Assembly (NCBI GenBank): GCA_965231215.1
Contig: OZ246423.1
Coordinates: forward strand, 1,152,001-1,216,000
DNA from: Candidatus Altimarinota bacterium
GTDB lineage: Bacteria; Patescibacteriota; Gracilibacteria; UBA4473
Length of the DNA: 64,000 bases
Direction of reading: 5' to 3'
Part shown: positions 36,028 through 44,880 of the stretch, piece after piece
Layout: the number at the start of each line of letters is the position of its first letter
Position numbering within the stretch: the stretch's first letter is position 1
The notes under the pieces: model-generated
What the model saw: only the letters and a program-made list of their open reading frames with translations
Databases searched by the model: none
What the model was told of the DNA's origin: nothing
Program-made: the position numbers and the translations under genes

Positions 36028-36966
36028 CTAAAAGAGTGACATTTGATCCTCTATATCAGCTTTTTTTGTATCTAAATTTGGTTCTTTGGTTATTGTTTGA
36101 TCAATTTTATTGTTCAAATTTTTGGCTCGTGTAACCAAGCTTTTGAAGCCTATTTTCTCCAAAAAGGGGATAAGGGTTTGATAATTGATATCATAGACCT
36201 CTTTGGGGAAATTATACTCGGTGGGGACGGTTAATGAGATGGTGGCTAAGTGTTGACAATGGTAGGCATAGGATTTGTGTTCTTCAAATTTTGCACGTAG
36301 TTTTACTGGTAGCTCTTCAAGATGGGTATAAATACCGTCGAGGGTTTTATATTGTGTTAAAAGCTTTACAGCCCCTTTAGGGCCTACCCCTTGTACGCCT
36401 TTATAATTATCAGAACTATCTCCACAGATGGCTTTGTAGTCTATGATTTGTTCCGGTTCTATCCCCAGTTTTTCAACTGTTTTAGCCCTGTCGTATATAT
36501 CGGGGGTTTTGCCATTAAATTTGGCGAGGTGGATTTTGTCTGATATGAGTTGTAAAAAGTCTAGATCCCCACTGAGAATAGTAGCATCGATGTTTTGATT
36601 TGCAGCTTTGTGAGCTATGGTTCCTATAATGTCATCGGCTTCAAATCCTGGCTTAATAAGGGTCGGAATTCCAAAAGCTTCAATAAGTTCAAATACTAAA
36701 GGAATTTGGGCAATAAACTCATCTGGAGCGGCTTCTCTTTGGGCTTTATAATCACTATCGGCTTCATGCCTGAAGGTTTTTTCTGGAGCATCAAAGGCCA
36801 CAATAACCGCCTCTGGGTTAAAAGTTTCTAAGGCCTGAAAAAGCGTCGTAGTGCAGCCATAGACAGCATTTACTGTTTTCCCTTCAAACATTGGCTGAAA
36901 CTTCACAGCATAAAAACTACGAAACATCATCGCATATCCATCTACCAGCAATATTTTTTGAACCAT
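36028..36966 (-). CDS. Stand-alone 5'-3' exonuclease / flap endonuclease (Pol I N-terminal domain)
   Basis: LLVDG, NAVYG, YKAQR, EADDIIGT, SGDLD, GDSSDNYKGVQGVGPKGA; no polymerase domain; ends QMSLF. Confidence 0.92.
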   Translation of the reverse strand: MVQKILLVDGYAMMFRSFYAVKFQPMFEGKTVNAVYGCTTTLFQALETFNPEAVIVAFDAPEKTFRHEADSDYKAQREAAPDEFIAQIPLVFELIEAFGIPTLIKPGFEADDIIGTIAHKAANQNIDATILSGDLDFLQLISDKIHLAKFNGKTPDIYDRAKTVEKLGIEPEQIIDYKAICGDSSDNYKGVQGVGPKGAVKLLTQYKTLDGIYTHLEELPVKLRAKFEEHKSYAYHCQHLATISLTVPTEYNFPKEVYDINYQTLIPFLEKIGFKSLVTRAKNLNNKIDQTITKEPNLDTKKADIEDQMSLF

Positions 36967-37133
36967 ATCAGTATTATTGTCCTCTTTTTTGTGTGAAATT
37001 TCAAAGATATTGCAGTTTTTTACTGGCTTAACGGTAGTTTTGTATATTTTAATGTTTTTTTCATTTATGCAATGACTCTTTATCGACTTCTCGCTTTTTT
37101 TCAGCTATAATGGCGGGATTTGTTTAAATTTAA

Positions 37134-37676
37134 ATGACTACAAAATCTAGTACCAAAACCGCTTCAACAAAGTTTGCTCAAAAACAGTTTCATATTGGAA
37201 TTATTAACCCTTTAAACGCAAAGAGAAACGTAGATATTCTTTTGAAAGCGGTTGAGCCACTTTGTGAGTTAGGGTTTACACTTTCGGTACTAGCGGTAGG
37301 GGATAAGGAGTCTCAGGCTAAATGTTTTGAGCTTTCTCAAAGCTATCTAGAGAGCTTTGAACTGCTAGAATCTATCCCCAGTAATAAAAAATCTATCTTT
37401 TCCAGGTCTCAGGTAATTTGTTTTACAAGTCAACCTGATGAAAAAACACTCAAAGAGCTAGCGAAGAAGGGGATTGTGCCCATTATGCCAGAGGGAAGTC
37501 ATAAAGATTTCCAAAATTTTAGCGCTCAGACGGAGAGTGGGAATGCCTTTCTATTTGATCCAGAAAACTTTTGGGAATTCCTCGCTACCATTATTCGAGC
37601 CTATGAAAATTACAAGTTCCCCTATGACTGGAATACCCTCAAAAAGAATCTCAAGAAAACAGGGGAAGAGTTGTAA
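37134..37676 (+). CDS. Degenerate glycogen-synthase-like (GT-B) C-terminal domain protein
   Basis: GIVPI...ESGNAFLF...LATIIRAYENY...W resembles the GlgA C-terminus; no N-domain or EPCGL motif. Confidence 0.5.
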   Translation: MTTKSSTKTASTKFAQKQFHIGIINPLNAKRNVDILLKAVEPLCELGFTLSVLAVGDKESQAKCFELSQSYLESFELLESIPSNKKSIFSRSQVICFTSQPDEKTLKELAKKGIVPIMPEGSHKDFQNFSAQTESGNAFLFDPENFWEFLATIIRAYENYKFPYDWNTLKKNLKKTGEEL

Positions 37677-37697
37677 TCAATAAACTTACACCAGAAA

Positions 37698-38159
37698 TTA
37701 GCTACTATTTTCTATAGTGGCTCTTGTGTGATCCCAAATATATCGATGATCACATTTAAGTAAACCTATATCACACCCCATTTTTTTTATTGCGAGACGT
37801 GTTTGTATTCCTGCTTTAGCAATAAGTATTCGAGGACAGTATAGGGGAAGAGCAAGTACCTCAGGAATAGGGTCTGGAACAAAACGGCTATACTGTAGAG
37901 CTGTTTCATCTACGATTATTCCATCTTCAGTAATGGTATACCAATGATCACCACAACAACTACGTAGAGTTTTTGTGCCTGGTACTTTTTCTGTGAAATC
38001 TTTAGAAAACCATCCACAGTATCCTTGAGAATAAATATTGTCTCGTGTTAGTTTTCTATGAGATAGTAAGCCTTTATTTCTCCTATGGAGAGCTCCCAAA
38101 ACTTCTTCTGCAACAGTATGCAGGTGGTTAAAACGATCTTCAGGAATACCAAACTTCAT
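37698..38159 (-). CDS. Hypothetical protein with transglutaminase/YunG-like Cys-His-Asp pattern
   Basis: GYCGWFS...DHWY...DGIIVDETALQY. Confidence 0.55.
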   Translation of the reverse strand: MKFGIPEDRFNHLHTVAEEVLGALHRRNKGLLSHRKLTRDNIYSQGYCGWFSKDFTEKVPGTKTLRSCCGDHWYTITEDGIIVDETALQYSRFVPDPIPEVLALPLYCPRILIAKAGIQTRLAIKKMGCDIGLLKCDHRYIWDHTRATIENSS

Positions 38160-38276
38160 AGCTTTTTTTTGATATTATTTTTTAGTATAAAATCAAGATA
38201 AATAAAGATTAAACGAAATAAAGAAAAAATTTGCTCTACGCTAATTTTTTTTTAAACTCCTCTGGCTCTTATTGAT

Positions 38277-38361
38277 GCGCGAGTGGTGGAATTGGTAGAC
38301 ACGCTGGTCTTAGGAACCAGTGGAGCAATCCGTGAAGGTTCGAGTCCTTTCTCGCGCACCA
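38277..38361 (+). tRNA. tRNA-Leu (anticodon TAG)
   Basis: 85 nt; acceptor stem GCGCGAG/CTCGCGC, anticodon loop CTTAGGA, long variable arm, TTCGAGT, encoded CCA. Confidence 0.97.
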
Positions 38362-38362
38362 T

Positions 38363-38401
38363 AAAAAAGTTTTTGAACCTATGAGGTTTAGAAACTTTTT
38401 T
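38363..38401 (+). terminator. Terminator after tRNA-Leu
   Basis: AAAAAAGTTTTTGAACCT-ATG-AGGTTTAGAAACTTTTTT. Confidence 0.7.
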
Positions 38402-38574
38402 ATTTTACTGTTAGAAGCTTCTATAAAATTTCGACACGAAAAATGATAGAGCGAAGCGATGAGTATTTGAGTGCCGCGAGGAAGGAGCGGTGTGTTTTTT
38501 CGCGCATCATTAAAAAAACCGACCTCAGTTTACTAGGCCGGTTTTTTAAAATTAAATCTTTTGCTCTTAATTAC

Positions 38575-39399
38575 TTAATTATCTAGCAGATCATCTCCAC
38601 TGAGATTCCCCTCCATTCGTTTGCCTCGGTATATTCGAGCTCTAGATCTGAGCCTTTCACGAATGTCTATCGTTTGTCTGTTTTCAGCTCGTTTTTCTCT
38701 TTGAGATTGGTTGTATTTAGACTGAAGATTATATGGATTTCTTCCGTAATTTTTTTGTGTTGTATGCTGTCTTGAGAGTACGGACCACTGGATAGTATTT
38801 TTAAGGTTTCCGCTTCTGTTAGTTCGGTTGGCCCGACTATATACAGGTGCTCGAGATTGTCTTCGTTCAGTTCGCTCTTGTTTAGTGGTGTCGCCTTCCT
38901 GTACATAACCGCCTTTTCTTAGGTAGCGTTTGTACTGATCTAGTTTATGATAATTTTTATCTGTAGTAGCGGTAATTTCATCAGTGTCAGTAGTAGTCTG
39001 AGTTGGGAGTCTTCGGTACCGAGCATTGCCTCGAGTAAGGCTTCCTCTTCCCACTCTGAAGCTTTTGCTATTCATGCGTCTGTCGGAAGGAGTAGAAGCA
39101 GTTTGCGCTTTTAGCTGCCAATAACGTCGCATGCGTTCGCTACGGCTTTGCATTTTTTGTTCTAAGCTAGTCCTCTCTGTCTGGCGTTCAATAATCTCAC
39201 AGCTAGGAATAGATTTCCAGTCATCTGGTACATCACAGGGCGTTGTAAATTCCTGACATACCCCTTCAGGACTTACGGCTGGTTGGATCACTTGAATGCA
39301 GGCATCCCCCTCAACGATATCAGTCTCGGCAAACGAAATGGCAGGGAGTACCAAAATTAAAGCGAATAAGAAATGTTTGCTAATGTGGCTTTGTGTCAT
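38575..39399 (-). CDS. Secreted protein with small Cys-rich domain and long Arg-rich tail
   Basis: Signal peptide; CIQVIQPA...CQEFTTPCDVPDDW...C; remainder very basic and low-complexity. Confidence 0.7.
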   Translation of the reverse strand: MTQSHISKHFLFALILVLPAISFAETDIVEGDACIQVIQPAVSPEGVCQEFTTPCDVPDDWKSIPSCEIIERQTERTSLEQKMQSRSERMRRYWQLKAQTASTPSDRRMNSKSFRVGRGSLTRGNARYRRLPTQTTTDTDEITATTDKNYHKLDQYKRYLRKGGYVQEGDTTKQERTERRQSRAPVYSRANRTNRSGNLKNTIQWSVLSRQHTTQKNYGRNPYNLQSKYNQSQREKRAENRQTIDIRERLRSRARIYRGKRMEGNLSGDDLLDN

Positions 39400-39434
39400 T
39401 TTTTTGTTTTTAAAAGATATTTTGTGGGACTTGA

Positions 39435-40565
39435 TTATGACTGCCTATTCATTTTTTGCAAGAGCCGTTGTCTGAGACGTTCTTTGATGCTCAGACCACT
39501 GTTAGATTTTTTAGTAGTGGTAGTTCGCGTGGTAGTCGTGCTACTTTTTATACCCAGTTTTGATTCCCATCGTCGAAGCTCTGATTGAAGCTTGTTGATC
39601 TGGGCTTTCAGTTCTGAAATCTTTTTACGTATAGCGGTTTTGTCATTGGTATCAATGCCAGCTCCAGTTTCTGTAGTGGTAGTAGTGGTCGTAGAACTAC
39701 TACTAGAACTATCTCCAATATTAAGGGTGTAGACAGATTTTTTCTCAATTCGTTCAAGGTTTCGTGAGGCTCGTGTAGTTCCGTCTCGTGGTACAGCCGC
39801 AATAGTTTTGAAGCTTTTGATACTACTGGTTCCAAATTTTCGATCTTCTCCTCCAGAGGTTTTGTAAAAGTAGCCTTTAGCATAATACTGAGTATTTGGC
39901 TCTAACCCTTTAACTCGCATTACATATTGAGATCGGCTTGTAGTTTTAGCTTCAACAATAGGATCGGCTAGATCTGATTTATTAGAAATTACGACCATAA
40001 AACCATCAAAATCACTACTAGTCATTTTGTTTGGTCGAGACCATGAAAAATCTGCAAAGTTGTCGTAAGAAACGGTTCTTAGTGTTCCAAATTCAAAATC
40101 ATCACCATTGGTGGAACTAGTCCCTCCAGAGCTAAAAGTAATGACAGGGTCCGTTACAGAAATTTCTTCCTTGGTAACTACATTTTGGAAGTTCACTTTC
40201 CATTTGATCATTTTTGACCCATTTCCGAGCAGGCGGTAGTTATTTTCGTTTACAGTATAAGTGTAAACTCTTAGATAGTAGTATCGGTCATGCTCAAAAC
40301 TAGCACGTCTGAGACTTAGTCCCGTAGCGCGTCCTTCATACCGGTTGGCATGTTTCGTAATCTGGACATTAGATTGACGATCACTCCACTGGATAGCGTA
40401 TCCGTCGATTTTATTAAGCGTGTCGTTATCTACAGGACTCCAGTTGACCGTAAGGTAGTCTGCGTCAGCGTTTAGGGTAATGCCGGTGATAGGTTCAGCA
40501 TGAGATATAGCACTAAAAAACAGGCCAACAGTAAATAAAAGCAGGTTCCGGTACAAAGATTTCAT
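39435..40565 (-). CDS. Secreted protein with two fibronectin type III-like domains and C-terminal coiled coil
   Basis: Signal peptide; LTVNWSP...IDGYAIQW, FSWSRP, VKGLEPNTQYY; S/T linkers; ISELKAQINKLQSEL. Confidence 0.7.
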   Translation of the reverse strand: MKSLYRNLLLFTVGLFFSAISHAEPITGITLNADADYLTVNWSPVDNDTLNKIDGYAIQWSDRQSNVQITKHANRYEGRATGLSLRRASFEHDRYYYLRVYTYTVNENNYRLLGNGSKMIKWKVNFQNVVTKEEISVTDPVITFSSGGTSSTNGDDFEFGTLRTVSYDNFADFSWSRPNKMTSSDFDGFMVVISNKSDLADPIVEAKTTSRSQYVMRVKGLEPNTQYYAKGYFYKTSGGEDRKFGTSSIKSFKTIAAVPRDGTTRASRNLERIEKKSVYTLNIGDSSSSSSTTTTTTTETGAGIDTNDKTAIRKKISELKAQINKLQSELRRWESKLGIKSSTTTTRTTTTKKSNSGLSIKERLRQRLLQKMNRQS

Positions 40566-40679
40566 ATTTTTTTGGTTAAGATTTTTCAGTGAGTATGCTA
40601 CTAGCCCCAAAATTGAGCGTCAAGTTTCACTTTCACCAAAAAATATCAACGACCCCAAAATCAAAACGTGACAAAAATT

Positions 40680-41306
40680 TTAAATTTCTGGTTGATTATT
40701 GAGCCATCTAGAAGTCCAGAACGGCCAGATCACAAATTCGGCTCGACCTTTGATATTCTTTTTAGTGACAAAGGCTGTATTGGTTTCATCAGCACACCCA
40801 CCCTGAGCGTCAAAACATTTCCGGGCATCTAAACTTTCGGCTCGGTTATCTCCAAAGAGGAGGTATTCTCCTTCTGGCACCACAAAAACTTTTTTATCTG
40901 TATAGGTTCGACCTTTATTTCTAGAGGAGAGATAAGGTTCTTTGAGCGGATATTCTTCGTATTGGTCATTATTTAAAAAGACCGTTCCTTTTTGGATGGT
41001 GACAGTATCACCTGGAACTCCAATAACCCTTTTTACATAGTGAGTTCGCTTGTTAGGAGGTCTAAATACAACCACTTCTCCACGCATTGGATCTTCTAAG
41101 AAGTTATAGAGAAATTGATTTACAAAAATAAATTCCCCTTTTCCATGTTCACATTCCTCGTTAAGCCAGTTAAGAGTAGGGCACATAGAAGGACCAGATA
41201 CATGAAATATCTGAAATACATAGAACCTGATACACAGTACGATCACTAAAAGAACGGCCATTTCTATCACAAAACTAGTCCAACTCTGATTTTGTTCTTT
41301 TAACAT
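40680..41306 (-). CDS. lepB: Signal peptidase I
   Basis: VSGPSMCPTL, YVKRVIGVPGD, GDNRAESLDAR; ATG 41306 preferred (TTGCGA-16nt-TAATAT upstream). Confidence 0.95.
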   Translation of the reverse strand: MLKEQNQSWTSFVIEMAVLLVIVLCIRFYVFQIFHVSGPSMCPTLNWLNEECEHGKGEFIFVNQFLYNFLEDPMRGEVVVFRPPNKRTHYVKRVIGVPGDTVTIQKGTVFLNNDQYEEYPLKEPYLSSRNKGRTYTDKKVFVVPEGEYLLFGDNRAESLDARKCFDAQGGCADETNTAFVTKKNIKGRAEFVIWPFWTSRWLNNQPEI

Positions 41307-41510
41307 TCTGGCCGATATTAGGGAGTTTTTTGCAATTCGCAAAAATTTATTTTCCAATAAGTTTCGGCTTTCTTTGTTTTAGATATTGGTAATTGGCTTT
41401 AAACCTATTAGGCCAGAGGGTGAACTAAGGCTCTAACAAAGCCTGAAAAACGGATGGTTTTTAGTTAAAAATTTTAGATTTTTAACTCGTTCTAGTATAG
41501 AATTTAGCTA

Positions 41511-42296
41511 ATGAAATTTGGGTACGGAGGCTTTCTAGAAGATGATGAACAAGTGTTAAAAGTCTTTCGAAGACCCTTGGTTTTTTTGGCGAAGCCGTTG
41601 TGTTTAAGAGTTTTATTTTGGGGAACGCTTGTTTTTTTGTGGTGGTTTTTTTATCCGGCTTATTTTTATGAGAAAAAGGTCTGGTTTGATCTTAACTATG
41701 TATGGCAGGCTTTAGCTTTGGTAGGATTTATAAACTGCATGATGCCCACGTTTTTTTGGTATATGAATGCCATAGTGATGACCAATGAAAGTATTATTAT
41801 CATAGACTGGCCGAGGTTTTTTGTACGTCGCTCTAGCCGGATAGATTTTCATAATCTGGATGAAGTAACGGTAGAGAGAGTAGGGGTAAGATCTTTTTTG
41901 TTTAATTATGGAAATATTATTTTTGGCAAAGTGAATGGAGGCGATCAACATTTGGTGCCTCGTATTAGTAGACCCAGTAGAGCGGCCCGGATCATCGAAA
42001 ACTATAGAGAGTGGCACCTAGATCAAAAAAACTTTACTGAAGAATCGGCTCTAAAAGGGCTTTTAAGTGGAATGGTGCAAAGACATGTAGGGGATAAAGG
42101 CCAACCAGAAAGGTCAAAAGATGACAAAAAATATATAACTAATCCGGTAATCCAGGAAGCGGAAGACACCGAAACTATCGTGGTAAGAAAGCCTAAAAGC
42201 CATCACAGTAAACCCGTCAGGACAAATGTGGACGATGTCCAAGTAGAAAAAGAATTAGATGATACTGGAGGGATTGATATTGATTTGGAAGATTAG
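41511..42296 (+). CDS. Membrane protein with bacterial PH-like domain
   Basis: Two TM helices, IVMTNESII, FLFNYGNIIF. Confidence 0.7.
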   Translation: MKFGYGGFLEDDEQVLKVFRRPLVFLAKPLCLRVLFWGTLVFLWWFFYPAYFYEKKVWFDLNYVWQALALVGFINCMMPTFFWYMNAIVMTNESIIIIDWPRFFVRRSSRIDFHNLDEVTVERVGVRSFLFNYGNIIFGKVNGGDQHLVPRISRPSRAARIIENYREWHLDQKNFTEESALKGLLSGMVQRHVGDKGQPERSKDDKKYITNPVIQEAEDTETIVVRKPKSHHSKPVRTNVDDVQVEKELDDTGGIDIDLED

Positions 42297-42399
42297 CCTT
42301 AAATTTTCATTTCAGACGCTGGATAAGGGGGTAAATTCACGTTGTGTTTAAGAGAGCGTATTCCATTACTCTAGTTTTTTTGTGGTATAATTTTTTTTG

Positions 42400-43515
42400 A
42401 TGCATTATGAACACAGAATCCAAAAGGTGAGGGCTAAAATGTTGGAACAAAATATCGAGGTTTTGATCTGTAATAAAACCGAAACCGTAGAGCGTTTTCC
42501 CAATATCCGATACCTCTGTGGATTTAACGGGAGTGAAGCCACCTTATTAATAGATTTAGATTTGGTCTTGTTGATTGTGGATGGACGTTATGGCGAAGTG
42601 GCTCAAACACTGCAAGCTAATTTTTTAGACTTAGAGGTGGTGGTTATAAAATCACAAAAAGAGGTTGAAACATCGGTAAAGAACTTTGTTAAAAGTCGTA
42701 ATAAAGTCCTGCTGCAGCAGGGGACTACCGATAGCCAAAAATCTCGGTTTGAGAAAATCTTAGGCATTAAAAGTATCCCCCTTACCAACATAGTAGCCGA
42801 TGTACGGCTGTTCAAGTCACCTGAAGAGATTAAATTTATAGCCGCAGCTCAAACCTTTGTGAACCAAGTCTTAACTACAGATTTTGAGAGTTTGGTTGAG
42901 CAAGGGATAACGGAAAAAGAACTGGCCTTTAAATTAGAAATAGCGCTTCGAGACGGAGGTAAATACGACCTGAGCTTTCCGTTTCCTTCGCCTATCATTG
43001 TAGCCTTCGGATCAAACTCGGCTAAGCCACACCACGCGCCAGGGGAGACTCGATTAGTGTATAATCAAAATATTTTGATTGATTGTGGCATTATCCATGA
43101 AGGGTATTGCACTGATATTACGCGTAATTACTGGTTTGGAGATACTGTAAATGAGGAATATCAAGCAGTCTTTGATATTTTACTCGAAGCCCAAATAAAA
43201 GCTTTAGAATCTCTTCAAGAGGGAGCAGATGCGGCACAGGTAGATACAGTCTGTAGTGATGATTTAGGCCAATATGCAGCATTCTATAAACACAGTTTAG
43301 GACATGGAGTCGGGATGGAAATTCATGAAGCCCCTGGGCTTTCACGGATGAGACCTGATACTATTTTGAAAGAGGGGATGGTAGTCACCTGTGAACCGGG
43401 AATTTATCTGGAAGGTAGATTTGGAATTCGGATAGAAGATTTGTTAGTGGTTCAAAAAGACTCACCAAGGGTTTTAAGTGAAGGGTGTGATAAACGACTT
43501 CAGATTATAAATTAA
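42400..43515 (+). CDS. Xaa-Pro aminopeptidase (M24B)
   Basis: RYLCGF, DGRY, PHH, DCG...YCTDITR, HSLGHGVGMEIHE, EPGIY, GIRIED. Confidence 0.93.
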   Translation: MHYEHRIQKVRAKMLEQNIEVLICNKTETVERFPNIRYLCGFNGSEATLLIDLDLVLLIVDGRYGEVAQTLQANFLDLEVVVIKSQKEVETSVKNFVKSRNKVLLQQGTTDSQKSRFEKILGIKSIPLTNIVADVRLFKSPEEIKFIAAAQTFVNQVLTTDFESLVEQGITEKELAFKLEIALRDGGKYDLSFPFPSPIIVAFGSNSAKPHHAPGETRLVYNQNILIDCGIIHEGYCTDITRNYWFGDTVNEEYQAVFDILLEAQIKALESLQEGADAAQVDTVCSDDLGQYAAFYKHSLGHGVGMEIHEAPGLSRMRPDTILKEGMVVTCEPGIYLEGRFGIRIEDLLVVQKDSPRVLSEGCDKRLQIIN

Positions 43516-43646
43516 ACCCGTATTAATATTTCGGCTCGTCCAGAATCCGATATTAGTTGAGATTTTGATGGATGAACAAAGGGGCTGGAGTCTATTTTTG
43601 CTAAGACAAATGGAACAGCCTTTGGGCTAACCAGAGTATTATGGTT

Positions 43647-44720
43647 TTACCACTCCAAACTACCGCCTGTTTGATACTCGGTTACCCGAGTCTCAAAGAA
43701 GTTTTTTTCTTTAGAGAGATCCATAATCTCGGCCATCCAAGGGAATGGCGATTCAACATTATATTGTTTTTCAAGGTTGATTCTTTCTAGTCGTCGGTCA
43801 GCAATGTATTTTACATATTCCCCTACGGTATCTGATCTGAGCCCTAAGATCCCTTTTGGGAGGGCATCTTCAGCGTAGTTGCACTCTAGCCGAACCGCTT
43901 CTGTGATGGCATCTGTGATTTTTTGTTTAAATTCGGGGGTCCAGATTTCTGGGTTTTCTGCCACAATAGTATTGATAAGATCAATTCCGAAATTCATGTG
44001 GATAGATTCATCTCGCATGATGTACTGGAACTGTTCGCCAATACCTACCATCCGGTTGTTTCGCAGCATAGACAACATCATGGCAAATCCAGCGTAAAAA
44101 AAGATTCCTTCCATGATCACATAGAAACCGATAAGGTCAAAAACGAATTTTTGAATATTTTCAGTGCTGTCGGTTTTAAAGCCTTCATCAAAGATTGATT
44201 GGGTGAACTGTACCACGTATTCATCTTTTTCATTAATTCGAGGGATGGTCAGGTACATGTTGTAGATTTCTTCTGGATCAAGCCCCAGGGTGTCACAACA
44301 GTAAATAAAGGTATCGGTGTGAATGGCTTCTTCAAAAGCTTGCCGTAGGAGATACTGCCGGCATTCAGGATTAGTCACATGTTTATAAATGGCCAATACG
44401 ATATTGTTGGCCGTTAAACTTTCGGCTGTAGAAAAGAACCCTAAATTCCACAAAATCATTCGCCGTTCATCTTCACTGAGAGCCCCTGGAGTTTTCCAGA
44501 GTTCAATATCTTGTTGCATGGACACTTCTTCTGGAGTCCAGTTATTGGCTACGCCTTGTTTATAATATTCACGAGCCCAAGGATAGGTAAAAGGTAAAAT
44601 CTTATTAGGGTCAGTAGAACTATTATTTAGAATTCCACCTTTTCCACTACCGCTGGTATCAGAAGCGCCAAGGCTTACCGCGGCATTGTTATTTGTAGTT
44701 GTAGAAGTATCGTTGTTCAT
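43647..44720 (-). CDS. nrdB: Ribonucleotide reductase beta subunit, class Ic (R2c, Mn/Fe) signature
   Basis: FFSTAESL, EEAIHTDTF, EGIFFYAGF, RDESIH, NFFETRVTEY. Confidence 0.95.
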   Translation of the reverse strand: MNNDTSTTTNNNAAVSLGASDTSGSGKGGILNNSSTDPNKILPFTYPWAREYYKQGVANNWTPEEVSMQQDIELWKTPGALSEDERRMILWNLGFFSTAESLTANNIVLAIYKHVTNPECRQYLLRQAFEEAIHTDTFIYCCDTLGLDPEEIYNMYLTIPRINEKDEYVVQFTQSIFDEGFKTDSTENIQKFVFDLIGFYVIMEGIFFYAGFAMMLSMLRNNRMVGIGEQFQYIMRDESIHMNFGIDLINTIVAENPEIWTPEFKQKITDAITEAVRLECNYAEDALPKGILGLRSDTVGEYVKYIADRRLERINLEKQYNVESPFPWMAEIMDLSKEKNFFETRVTEYQTGGSLEW

Positions 44721-44880
44721 TGTTTTTATAATGGATTAATTTTATTAGTCAGTGAGGACGCCCGAGAGAGGCTAAAACCTTTGTAGTGTGGTACGAAGCG
44801 CTCTGTTGGTTCAGAGGACGTAGATTACCACGTTGATTTTTTACTTTTTTGCATCATCGCTCGCAATGATATTTTTTTAT

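Noticed and set aside
44787-44831. REP-like dispersed element (CGAAGCG-containing hairpins here, near 38450 and near 49490)
   Set aside because: Copies share too little sequence to support a family by eye
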